This document shows, one piece after another, positions 1-9,536 of a stretch of 60,976 nucleotides of DNA (position 1 is its first letter; every line of letters begins with the position of its first letter). Under the pieces are notes generated by a model. That model had not been told where the DNA came from and searched no databases. It was given only the letters and a program-made list of their open reading frames with translations. The translations under genes and the position numbers were made by a program. Source of the stretch: Candidatus Limnocylindria bacterium (GTDB taxonomy: Bacteria > Chloroflexota > Limnocylindria > Limnocylindrales > CSP1-4); NCBI GenBank assembly GCA_041484785.1, contig JBGPIH010000002.1, forward strand, positions 1-60,976, written 5' to 3'.

Positions 1-465
1 ATGTACTTCGCGGGTGACGGCGCCAAGCGCGACGCCGACGGCTATCTCTGGCTGCTCGGCCGGGTCGATGACGTGATGAACGTGGCCGGCCATCGGATCT
101 CGACGACCGAGGTCGAATCGGCGCTGGTCGACCATCGCTCCGTCGCCGAGGCCGCGGTCGTCGGCAAGAAGGACGAGATCAGTGGACAGGCCATCTTCGC
201 CTTCGTGATCCTGAAGGCGGACCAGGAGCCCTCGGACGCGCTGGCCCTCCAGCTCCGCGAGCACGTCGCGTACGTCATCGGGCCGATCGCCCGACCGAAG
301 TTCCTGATGTTCGTCCCCGATCTGCCCAAGACCCGCTCGGGCAAGATCATGCGGCGGCTGCTGCGCGACATCGCCGAGGGGCGCGTCCTCGGCGATACCA
401 CCACCCTGGCCGACACCACCGTCGTCGACATCATCCGGGACAATACGGGCGCCGCGGAGGAATGA
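1..465 (+). CDS. acs: acetyl-CoA synthetase (AMP-forming), C-terminal fragment; the 5' end lies outside the window
   Basis: The frame is open from base 1. The translation ...[17 protein letters not shown]...[21 protein letters not shown]... matches the conserved C-terminal subdomain of acetyl/acyl-CoA synthetases. Confidence 0.9.
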   Translation: MYFAGDGAKRDADGYLWLLGRVDDVMNVAGHRISTTEVESALVDHRSVAEAAVVGKKDEISGQAIFAFVILKADQEPSDALALQLREHVAYVIGPIARPKFLMFVPDLPKTRSGKIMRRLLRDIAEGRVLGDTTTLADTTVVDIIRDNTGAAEE

Positions 466-466
466 C

Positions 467-1120
467 GTGCCGTTCGACTTTCTGAGGCGACGGAAGGAAG
501 CGCCGGCCGCGCCAGTCGAGGCGGCTGCACCGCCGCCGGCCGCGGCGCCGGACGGTGGGATCGCATTCGAGGGCATGACCGAGGACTGGCGGCTGGTGGG
601 ACGGATGATGGTCGAAGGCAGGCTGTCCGATGCGCTCAACAAGCGCGAGCCGATCACGATCGTCGACGTGCAATGGGCTCCGATGGACGGCACCGAGCCC
701 CTGGCCCCGGCGCCCGGGCTGAAGTCCGTGGATCCCTACGACCTCGTCCTGGTGCTGGCCGGCGAGGATTCACTTCCGAGCATGAGCGAGCAGGAGCGAA
801 CGGCTCACCGGGTTCACAAGGTCTCCTACGAGGTGGGCCTCGAGATCCCGCCCTATCGAGTGGTGGGCACGGTGCAGCTCTACCCGGGCTACGAGCCGGG
901 GCGCCTGCTCGATCGCTCGAACGACATGTTCATCCCGGTGACGGACGCGACCGTCACGATGGCCGGCAAGCCCGTCAGCCCAGCCAGAACGGACGTCATC
1001 CTGGTGAACCGGGCCTACCTCCGCGACGTCGAGCAGGTTGACGCGCGGACCGGCGAGCGCCATGCGAAGCTGCCGGGCGGTTCGCTCGGCGGGGCGCAGT
1101 GGATCGACAAGACGCGGTAG
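467..1120 (+). CDS. hypothetical protein (uncharacterised family; paralog of 44141..44662)
   Basis: A 217-aa ORF with a GTG start 1 nt after the acs stop and GC3-rich codon usage. It aligns with the 44141..44662 product through shared motifs PY.(V/L).G, PG(Y/F)(E/D)PGR.L.R and LVNR. Confidence 0.6.
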   Translation: MPFDFLRRRKEAPAAPVEAAAPPPAAAPDGGIAFEGMTEDWRLVGRMMVEGRLSDALNKREPITIVDVQWAPMDGTEPLAPAPGLKSVDPYDLVLVLAGEDSLPSMSEQERTAHRVHKVSYEVGLEIPPYRVVGTVQLYPGYEPGRLLDRSNDMFIPVTDATVTMAGKPVSPARTDVILVNRAYLRDVEQVDARTGERHAKLPGGSLGGAQWIDKTR

Positions 1121-1141
1121 AGTCCGCGCCTGCGCGTGCCC

Positions 1142-2374
1142 TCAGGCCCGCGCGATCACCCGCCCGCGAGTCGGGAGCCGGAAGCCGGTCCTGACAGGCG
1201 GCTCGGGCTCCGCGGCGGCGCCGAGGACTCGGCCGGCCAGGACGTCGAAGTCGGCGGTGATCTTCTCGCGCGGAAACATCTCGATGACGGTCCGGCCCTC
1301 GTTGGCGGCGCGCACGAACAGGAGGCCACCCGAGCGGATCTGGGCGAAGGCCGGAATCCCGATGGTGCGCTCCATGTCGGCCACGGACACGCCGCTGTTG
1401 GCGCGGTTGACGACCAGCGACAGGCGCTCGCCGCAACCGAGGGCGCCGGCCACGTCGCGCAGCTGCACGGCGGCCCGGATCGCCGGGACGTCCGGGGTGA
1501 CCGGGACGAGGATTCGATCGGCCTCCTCGAAGATCGCCTGGTTGAGCGTGCTGTACGACGGATGGAGGTCGACCACGATGACGTCGAACCGGCTTCGGGC
1601 CGCGGCAATGGCGGCAGCAACCCGGGCGGGGTCGAGCACCTCGGTGTGCAGCGGCGAGTCGGTCAAGGCAGCAACGCGAAGCCCGGAGCCGTGCTCCGAG
1701 GAGAGCTCGGTGAGGCTCTCGGACGGGCCGCCCTCCGCCTCGTCGCGCCAGCTGTCGGCGACGGTCCGGACGGCCTCGATCGCGAAGGACGTCGTCACAT
1801 GGCCGGTCACGGTGTCGGCATCGATGAGCAGGACGGACTTCCCTTTTCGTCCCTGGAGCGACGAGGCGAGATTGGTGGCCACGGTCGTCTTGCCGACCCC
1901 GCCCTTGGGGTTGAAGACGGCGATGACCGTCGCCCGCCGGTTCCAGCCGTCGTGCCCGACCGGGCCGGCCTGAAGGACGGGGCCAGAGCCATCGTCGACG
2001 GTCTCGCGGCGGATGCACATCGCCTCGACCCGCCAGCGGATCGAGTCGGCAGAGTATGGACGCGTGAAGTATTCGTTGCCGCGCCCGTCGTCATCCATCT
2101 CCGCCAGGCTCTGATAGGCCGCGCTCGAAACGACGGTCAGGGCAGGGATCTGGCGGCCCGCATTGATGAGCGCGACCCAGTACTCGCCCGTGGTGCGCTC
2201 GTCGGCCTCACCATCGAGGATGGCAACGGCAACATCTCGCCGGAGGGTGAGCGTGGCGACCAGCTCATCGGGGTCCTCGATCGCGATGACCTCGAAGCCG
2301 GCTCCCAGCAGCTCGGCGCTGACCGGGATCGATTCGCTCGGCGGCAGGGCAATGACGATGGCAGGGCGGGCCAA
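1142..2374 (-). CDS. CpaE/TadZ-like ParA/MinD-family ATPase with an N-terminal receiver-like (pseudo-REC) domain
   Basis: It has the deviant Walker A motif VFNPKGGVGKTTVATNLA. The N-terminal ~120 aa look like a REC fold (AVAILDGEAD) but lack the N-terminal acidic pair. Confidence 0.85.
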   Translation of the reverse strand: MARPAIVIALPPSESIPVSAELLGAGFEVIAIEDPDELVATLTLRRDVAVAILDGEADERTTGEYWVALINAGRQIPALTVVSSAAYQSLAEMDDDGRGNEYFTRPYSADSIRWRVEAMCIRRETVDDGSGPVLQAGPVGHDGWNRRATVIAVFNPKGGVGKTTVATNLASSLQGRKGKSVLLIDADTVTGHVTTSFAIEAVRTVADSWRDEAEGGPSESLTELSSEHGSGLRVAALTDSPLHTEVLDPARVAAAIAAARSRFDVIVVDLHPSYSTLNQAIFEEADRILVPVTPDVPAIRAAVQLRDVAGALGCGERLSLVVNRANSGVSVADMERTIGIPAFAQIRSGGLLFVRAANEGRTVIEMFPREKITADFDVLAGRVLGAAAEPEPPVRTGFRLPTRGRVIARA

Positions 2375-2410
2375 TGGGTGCTCCTCAGGCTGACTGGTTG
2401 GAGCCGGACA

Positions 2411-3598
2411 TCAGCCGGCCATGTCGCGATCCTGGGCCGAGACCTGGATCTCGCCGTCGGACTCGCCGCTGATGTGTGATTCGAAATTGGGCATGGACAC
2501 GATCTCGTTCGCCAGCGCCAGCCCGGCGTCGTGGCTGACGGTGAACACGAACTCGCCGTCCGGCCCGGACGAGACGCCGATGGACCAGACACCGGCGATG
2601 CGGCCAAGGCTGCGCTTGAAGTTGGCGATGCTGGCTACGCTGACGAGGCCGACGACCAGCAGGCGCGTTGTGGCCTGGGCGTCCGACGACGTCCGAGCCG
2701 CCTCGAGCTCTGCGATGGGTTCGGCGACCGCTTCGCCAGCCGGCTCGCCGAGGGCGGCGGTCGGGCTCTCGTCTTCGTCCTCGCCGCCGAGCGCACTGAC
2801 GTCGCCGTCGAATGACGCCGCCTCGGCTTCGGCGGCAGCGAAGTCGATCTCGGCCTCGGCCAGCGGCGCCCGCGGAGCGGCCGGCGCAGCCGGTGCGACT
2901 CGCGCCGGAGCGATCGCGGGCGATGCAGTCACGAGCGAGGCAACCAGATCCGCGAGGTTCGGCGGGTCGGGCATCGTCTCGGCCATGGTCGCGATCCGGG
3001 TGGGATCCTCCTCGACGTTCAGGCGCTCGAAGAAGGCGATCATCTCCGCTTCGAAGGCGGCGACTGATTCCGTCACTCGTTCGGCGCGAGCCTCCACCCC
3101 GGCGGCATGCGCTTCGATCTCGACATCGAGCCCGCGCTTGCGCACAGCCACCCGCGCCTCGGTCTCCTCCCGGATGCGCGCGATCTCGGCCTTCGACCAC
3201 TCGCGGATCGCGGCGACATCGTCGTCCGCCTTGCGGCGCAGGTCGGCGACTTCGCTCGTCGCGCTCGCATGCATCTCCTCGACGACGGCCTTGGCTTCGG
3301 CCTCGAAGCGCGCCAGTGTCTCGTTCCGGGAATGCTCCGCGGCGGCCTGCATCGCGCGGCTCAACTCGGCCATGAACTTCGTCGCCCGGCGAGCGGGCGC
3401 GGCGCCCGACTGCTCCGAGTCCGCGGCTGTTGGAGCTTCAGCGGCCGTCTCGATCATCTCGGGAGCCTGCGTCTCCTCGCCACCGTGCGCCTCTTCGCTG
3501 GCGTTCGGCTCCTCGGCCTGATTCGACGAAACGTCGGACTCGCCCGTTCCGGCGGTCCACGGAAGCCGGAAGGAGGGGCGCGTCTCGGTGCTTGCCAT
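2411..3598 (-). CDS. hypothetical protein: acidic disordered N-terminus, central Ala/Glu/Arg-rich coiled coil and a small C-terminal globular domain
   Basis: I chose the start at ATG 3598 because of the RBS GAGGACCTCGCCC-ATG; the ORF track extends to 3658. The gene ends 36 nt upstream of the CpaE-like gene on the same strand. The helical repeat segment is AEIARIREETEARVAVRKRGLDVEIEAHAAGVEARAERV. Confidence 0.6.
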   Translation of the reverse strand: MASTETRPSFRLPWTAGTGESDVSSNQAEEPNASEEAHGGEETQAPEMIETAAEAPTAADSEQSGAAPARRATKFMAELSRAMQAAAEHSRNETLARFEAEAKAVVEEMHASATSEVADLRRKADDDVAAIREWSKAEIARIREETEARVAVRKRGLDVEIEAHAAGVEARAERVTESVAAFEAEMIAFFERLNVEEDPTRIATMAETMPDPPNLADLVASLVTASPAIAPARVAPAAPAAPRAPLAEAEIDFAAAEAEAASFDGDVSALGGEDEDESPTAALGEPAGEAVAEPIAELEAARTSSDAQATTRLLVVGLVSVASIANFKRSLGRIAGVWSIGVSSGPDGEFVFTVSHDAGLALANEIVSMPNFESHISGESDGEIQVSAQDRDMAG

Positions 3599-3699
3599 GG
3601 GCGAGGTCCTCGTTGACTGGATGGTCGGACAGGTCTGTTCGATCACCGTTGCGTGCACGCATCGTGTCAGCGGCGGGGGGTCCGGTGCACTTGGCTAGT

Positions 3700-3727
3700 G
3701 GTACCAGCGGTCCGGGCCGGTGGTACC
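3700..3727. promoter_or_regulatory. inverted repeat GGTACCAGCGG-N6-CCGGTGGTACC in the moaA upstream region (operator or leader hairpin)
   Basis: Hand-checked: the 11-nt arms match at 10/11 positions with a 6-nt spacer, 38 nt upstream of the preferred moaA ATG. Confidence 0.35.
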
Positions 3728-3764
3728 GGCAGTCCGATCCGGGGCGGCCGGCTACCATGGCGCG

Positions 3765-4814
<1,050 letters not shown>

Positions 4815-4820
4815 CGGACG

Positions 4821-4909
4821 TTGTCCACAGGGTATCCACCGGCGTCGACAAGTCGTGGAACGCGCCAGCCGGCGGCCCGGCGAGTTCGTGGATAACCGCG
4901 TTGACCACC
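4821..4909. promoter_or_regulatory. cluster of four DnaA-box-like 9-mers
   Basis: TTGTCCACA at 4821-4829 is an exact match to the actinobacterial consensus. GTATCCACC lies at 4832-4840. CGTGGATAA at 4887-4895 is the reverse of TTATCCACG. TTGACCACC lies at 4901-4909. Confidence 0.3.
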
Positions 4910-5170
4910 CGCCGCGGCCGGCACTACCGTACGTCTCAGCCCGAAGGGGCCGACAGGATCGAAGGACCCGAGATCGCATCAAGGACCTCCGTTCCCCCGC
5001 CGGTCGCTTCGGGCGCTTCGTTCTCCGCCCGCGAGGGCCGTCTCACCACGGCCGTCCGGCGCGGTCCGCCCGACGGGACGTGATCGGCATCCCGGTGTCG
5101 ATACTTCCGTCGGGCCAACGAAGCCGTGCGGCCTCGACCGTCTGGCCTTGGATGTGGTGCGGAGGTCGGC

Positions 5171-6055
5171 ATGCCTGACGTTCCCGGTTCCGGCGGCTCC
5201 GTTGACCCGTCCCAGCCGATTCGACCCGCGGATCAACCAGCTCGTCTCGCGGCGCTCGTCGCGGCCGTCCGCGGCCGGACGTCGCTCGTCCCCGAGGTCG
5301 GGATCGTGCTCGGCTCGGGGCTCGGCGGCCTTGCCGATGGGCTCGAGGCGCGCGTCTCGATCCCGTTCGCGGAGCTGCCCGGTTGGCCGCCGGCGACGGC
5401 GCCCGGGCATGCCGGGCGACTGCTGCTCGGCCGGCTCGGCGGCCGGCCCGTCGTCATGCTCCAGGGTCGGTTCCACCTGTACGAGGGCAACGATGCGGGC
5501 CTCGTGATCCAGCCGGTCCTGCTCTTCCACGCGCTAGGCGCGCGGGTCGTGGTCCTGACCAACGCGGCCGGCGGGCTCGACCCGAGCTTCGGTCCGGGCA
5601 CCCTGATGGTGGTGCGCGACCACATCAACCTGACCGGCCGCAGTCCGTTGATCGGCCCCAATGCCGACGAGCTCGGTGCTCGCTTCACCGACCTGACCGA
5701 CGCCTGGAGTCCCAGGTTGCGCCAGCGTCTCTACGCGGCCGGGCTGGCCGAGGGCGTGGCGCTGACGGAGGGCGTGTACGTCGGCTTGACCGGACCGACC
5801 TACGAGACGCCGGCCGAGGTCAGGATGCTGGCAGCCCTCGGCGGTCACGCCGTCGGGATGTCCACCGTGCTCGAGTGCATCGCCGCTCGCTGGGTCGGCC
5901 TGGAGGTCTGTGGCGTCTCGCTCGTGACGAACGCCGGTGCCGGCTACTCCGGTGAGCCGCTCACCCACGAGGAGGTCCTGGCCGCCGGCGAGGTCGCCGG
6001 ACCCCGACTGGCCCGGGTCATCGCCCGGTTCGTCGGCGACCTCTCGACCGCCTGA
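5171..6055 (+). CDS. punA: purine nucleoside phosphorylase (PNP/MTAP family 2, PunA-type)
   Basis: The RBS GGAGG at 5161-5165 precedes ATG 5171. Motifs seen are GSGLGGLAD, GRFHLYEG, VVLTNAAGG and GPTYETPAE...GMSTV. Confidence 0.9.
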   Translation: MPDVPGSGGSVDPSQPIRPADQPARLAALVAAVRGRTSLVPEVGIVLGSGLGGLADGLEARVSIPFAELPGWPPATAPGHAGRLLLGRLGGRPVVMLQGRFHLYEGNDAGLVIQPVLLFHALGARVVVLTNAAGGLDPSFGPGTLMVVRDHINLTGRSPLIGPNADELGARFTDLTDAWSPRLRQRLYAAGLAEGVALTEGVYVGLTGPTYETPAEVRMLAALGGHAVGMSTVLECIAARWVGLEVCGVSLVTNAGAGYSGEPLTHEEVLAAGEVAGPRLARVIARFVGDLSTA

Positions 6056-6165
6056 ACGGTGCACCCTGGCATCGGACGCCGGTGCCGCGGCGCACCGGAA
6101 TCTGGCACCGCCGGGCGGACCAGACCGTTGGCCGGCGGAGCTGACCGGTCTACGATCGCCGCTCG

Positions 6166-8142
6166 ATGCTGAACCGCATGCGACGGCAGGTCGTGACCGG
6201 CGGGATCCTCGTGATCCTGCTGGGGACGCTGGCGCCCGCCGCGTCGGCCGCGGGACCGGGCGGGGCGGGAGCCGCCGTCGGGGTCGCGCCCGTCGCGGCC
6301 ACCAAGCCCCCGAAGGTCGTCCGCCAGGCCGCCTGCCCGGATTCGATCTTCACCTGCATCACCGTCCGCGTCCCCCTCGACCACCTGGCGCCGGCAGGGG
6401 GCCCGACGATGGACGTGACGTTCGCCCTCCATCGCGCCAGCGCGAGGACCCGCAAGGGCGTCTTCGTGACCGTGACCGGAGGCCCGGGGACCAGCGGAAT
6501 CGCCGCGGCCGACAGCTACACCGAGCTGTTCGACCCGGGGATCGTCAAGAACTACGACATCGTCTTCTTCGACCAGCGCGGGATCGGCCAATCGTTCCCG
6601 CTGCAATGCCCGAACGCGTCGCTCACCTGGTACACGTCACCGAACCTGCCGACCCTCGGGCCCAGCCAGGCCCTCGCGTATGCGCACGACTCGAGCACGT
6701 ACGCCGCGGATTGTGTCGCCGAGACCGGCGTCGACCCGTCGCTGCTGCCCTACTTCGGGACGACCCAGGCCGTCGAGGACCTCGAGGCCTTCCGGGTCTG
6801 GCTGAAGGCGGACAAGCTGGACCTGTACGGCGAGAGCTACGGGACGCAGTACGCCCAGACCTACGCGGCCGCACATCCGGACCACCTCCACTCGCTCATG
6901 CTCGACGGGCCGGTCGACCTGTCGCTGACCGGAACCGAGTACTACGCCGAGGACGCGCACGCGTTCGAGGACGTCCTGACGATGACGCTCGACCGGTGCA
7001 CGGCCGACGCCGCTTGCCGTCGCGATGTCGTCGGGCACAACGGGCTCGCCGGCTACGACCAGCTCGCCGAGACGCTGCGCAACGGCCCCCTCTCGTTCGC
7101 GTTCGTCGATGCGCACGGGGCCGTCCAGCAGCGATCGCTGTCTCTGGGCGACCTCGAGACCGCGGCCGCCGGCTATGTCTACGGCGAGTTCGACCGGATG
7201 CTGCTGCAGCGAGCGATCGCGCAGGCCTCGCGCGGCCAGCTCCTGCCCCTCGCCCGGCTCGTCTACATCTCCCTCGGGCAGGATCCCGAGACGCTGGCGG
7301 CGATCCCGGATGCCACGTACTCGGATGCGATGTACTACGCCGTCGAGTGCATGGACTACGACTACGGGACCGGCACCGGCGAGCAACGGGCCCTGTCGTA
7401 CCTGGTGGCCGGTGACACCGCGAACGTGGCATCGGTCCGCGTGGGCAGCGTCTTCTACGGCGACCTGCCGTGCGCCTACTGGCCGACCCACCCGGCCACG
7501 CCCGCCCGGCCACCGAACCTGACCGACACGCCGTTCCCCGTCTTCGTCCTGGCATCGACGACGGATCCGGCGACTCCTTACCCGGGTGCGCTGCGGATCA
7601 TGAGCCACCTGACCGACGGCTATCTCATCGTCCAGCCGGGTGGCCCGCACGTCATCTTCGGTCGGGGAAACGCCTGTCCCGACGACGAGATCACGGCTTT
7701 CCTGGTCGACGACGTGCGCCCGGCGTCACGTTCGATCAGCTGTGACTTCACCGGGACGGACCCGTACGTGCCCATCCCGGCGGCGAACGTCCGGGACTAC
7801 AAGAACGCGCTGGCCGCGATGACCGCGATGGACGACGAGATCAACAACTCGGCGGACTACTGGAACTGGGACGGGGTCGACCCGCTGACCTATGGCTGCC
7901 TGTTCGGCGGGACGATCGAATACACGGCCTACAAGGACGGCTATTCGGTGGCGCTCGACGGCTGCGCGTTCACGGCCGGCCTGCCGCTCACGGGCACGGC
8001 CACGATCGACACGACGCACGACACGTTCAAGCTCAAGGCGACGTCGTCGGGCGGGACGAACCTCGAGTACCGGCGGGACTCCAAGGGCAAACGGTCCGTG
8101 AGTGGGACGTACGTCGGGAGGCGGACGCACCCACGACGCTGA
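6166..8142 (+). CDS. secreted alpha/beta hydrolase, S33/tripeptidyl-aminopeptidase (TAP)-like
   Basis: It has an N-terminal signal peptide (ILVILLGTLAPAASAAG), the nucleophile elbow GESYGTQYA and a long TAP-like C-terminal region. Confidence 0.8.
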   Translation: MLNRMRRQVVTGGILVILLGTLAPAASAAGPGGAGAAVGVAPVAATKPPKVVRQAACPDSIFTCITVRVPLDHLAPAGGPTMDVTFALHRASARTRKGVFVTVTGGPGTSGIAAADSYTELFDPGIVKNYDIVFFDQRGIGQSFPLQCPNASLTWYTSPNLPTLGPSQALAYAHDSSTYAADCVAETGVDPSLLPYFGTTQAVEDLEAFRVWLKADKLDLYGESYGTQYAQTYAAAHPDHLHSLMLDGPVDLSLTGTEYYAEDAHAFEDVLTMTLDRCTADAACRRDVVGHNGLAGYDQLAETLRNGPLSFAFVDAHGAVQQRSLSLGDLETAAAGYVYGEFDRMLLQRAIAQASRGQLLPLARLVYISLGQDPETLAAIPDATYSDAMYYAVECMDYDYGTGTGEQRALSYLVAGDTANVASVRVGSVFYGDLPCAYWPTHPATPARPPNLTDTPFPVFVLASTTDPATPYPGALRIMSHLTDGYLIVQPGGPHVIFGRGNACPDDEITAFLVDDVRPASRSISCDFTGTDPYVPIPAANVRDYKNALAAMTAMDDEINNSADYWNWDGVDPLTYGCLFGGTIEYTAYKDGYSVALDGCAFTAGLPLTGTATIDTTHDTFKLKATSSGGTNLEYRRDSKGKRSVSGTYVGRRTHPRR

Positions 8143-8155
8143 GCAGGACCCCGCG

Positions 8156-9022
8156 TCAGGCGACCGGCAGGTCCCGTCCGGCCGCTCTGGCGGCGGCCGC
8201 CTTCTCCGCCCAAGCTGCCAGGACCTGGTCCTTGTGCGGGCGGATGGGGCAATGGCCGTCCCGGTTGTTGAACTCGTCGCAGTACCCGAGGGGCACGCAC
8301 TTCGGTGCCAGGAAGCTGCCCAGGAACGGCGACACGCCGAAGACCTCGTGGCGGATGAGCTGGAAGAGACGGCGGATCTCCCACTGGGCCATCGTGCACA
8401 GGCGAAGGCCCGACATGTGGATGAGCGCCCGCAGGTTGGTGGTCATGACCAGGTTGGTGCGGGTGGCATTCGGGAAGACGAAGCGCGCGTCCTCGCCGGG
8501 AATGCCGGCCTGGAGCAGCTCGCCGTAGAGCCCCAGGGCGCCATCGACCTGCTCCTCGTACCGTTCGCGCAGGACCGCGTCCCCTTCGGCGATGGAGTGA
8601 GGGAGCATGGTGGCCGCGCCCTTGAACTTGACGTAGCGCTGGCTCTGCTGGTCGAAGGCCACGCCCGCCCGGTGGCGCACGAGCTGGTGCGAGAGCGTCC
8701 GCGAGACCCCGCTGATGGCGAACGTGAAGACGACGTGCTCGATGGTCGAGCCGTGGCCGGACTCGATGACCGAGCCGATCAGCTTCTGCATCTTGAGCGG
8801 GTCGAAGTCGCCAGCCAGGGCGCGCCGGAAGATCTCCTCCGGGTCCTGCTCGGAGTAGCAGGTCCGGCACGCGGTATAGATCACCGGCACGTAATAGCGC
8901 TCGACGATCTCGCGGTTGGGGAAGAGCAGCGTGGCCCGCATGCCGAGCTCGCGACGGCCGGGATTCTTCGGGATGGCCGTCTTGTCGCGGCCGGGATCGG
9001 GGGTCGTGGACGGGACGGTCAT
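8156..9022 (-). CDS. thyX: FAD-dependent thymidylate synthase
   Basis: ThyX signatures are present: GHGSTIEHVVFTFAISGVSR and QLVRHR...QQSQRY. Confidence 0.9.
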   Translation of the reverse strand: MTVPSTTPDPGRDKTAIPKNPGRRELGMRATLLFPNREIVERYYVPVIYTACRTCYSEQDPEEIFRRALAGDFDPLKMQKLIGSVIESGHGSTIEHVVFTFAISGVSRTLSHQLVRHRAGVAFDQQSQRYVKFKGAATMLPHSIAEGDAVLRERYEEQVDGALGLYGELLQAGIPGEDARFVFPNATRTNLVMTTNLRALIHMSGLRLCTMAQWEIRRLFQLIRHEVFGVSPFLGSFLAPKCVPLGYCDEFNNRDGHCPIRPHKDQVLAAWAEKAAAARAAGRDLPVA

Positions 9023-9077
9023 CGGATGGCCAGTCTAGTCGAGCCGGCGCCACTCGGCAGTCGACCCTCGGCCGGCG

Positions 9078-9503
9078 TCAGCCGTCGCCCTCGAGGAAGG
9101 CCGCCAGGTCGTCGAGGTAGCCGCTCCAGTAGCCTTCGTGGTCGTCCCGCGACGCCTCGTCCAGCTGCGCCTCTGCCCATCCGCCATGGACAAGGGTCAC
9201 TCGCGCGCGGTCGCCCGGGAGCGGCTCGACCGTCCACGTGACCACCGTTTCCTGGTGGGGGTCTGCGTCCATCCATGCCCAGGTATGCCCGAATCGGTGG
9301 CCCGGATCGAGCTCCGTGACGACGCCCTCGACGACGCTGCCGTCGCCGAAGTCGAGGCGGTAGGTGGTCCCGACCTCGCCCAGCGGCGATGCGTCGGTGA
9401 ACCACTCGGCGACCCGCTCGGGCTCCGTCAACGCCGCCCAGGCCTCGGCGGGCGACGCGGCGGTCTCGATCTCGAGAACGATCGGCGGGAGGACATCGGT
9501 CAT
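9078..9503 (-). CDS. SRPBCC/AHSA1 (activator of Hsp90 ATPase homolog 1-like) domain protein
   Basis: A 141-aa ORF whose pattern SPAEAWAALTEPERVAEWF...W is typical of the AHSA1/SRPBCC fold. Confidence 0.75.
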   Translation of the reverse strand: MTDVLPPIVLEIETAASPAEAWAALTEPERVAEWFTDASPLGEVGTTYRLDFGDGSVVEGVVTELDPGHRFGHTWAWMDADPHQETVVTWTVEPLPGDRARVTLVHGGWAEAQLDEASRDDHEGYWSGYLDDLAAFLEGDG

Positions 9504-9536
9504 GGCGCTTCTCGTGGGTGGCGGATCGACGCCATC

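Noticed and set aside
1142-2374. The CpaE/TadZ-like ATPase as evidence of a Tad/Flp pilus locus.
   Set aside because: No CpaF/TadA ATPase, TadB/C, prepilin peptidase or Flp pilin genes occur within the flanking 10 kb. The neighbours are acs, moaA and a coiled-coil protein.
4821-4909. The DnaA-box cluster as a chromosomal replication origin.
   Set aside because: There are no dnaA/dnaN/rpmH/gyrB neighbours and no AT-rich unwinding element, and the flanking genes are moaA and a PNP gene. I keep it only as a possible DnaA-binding regulatory or titration site.
4979-5530. A 183-aa minus-strand ORF spanning the moaA-PNP gap and the PNP 5' end.
   Set aside because: The translation is Arg/Pro/Gly-rich with no motif, and it overlaps the well-supported PNP gene on the opposite strand.
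8156-9022. thyX as a marker of a prophage or mobile region.
   Set aside because: Flavin-dependent ThyX is the normal chromosomal thymidylate synthase in many high-GC lineages. No phage structural genes, integrase genes or att-like repeats lie nearby.
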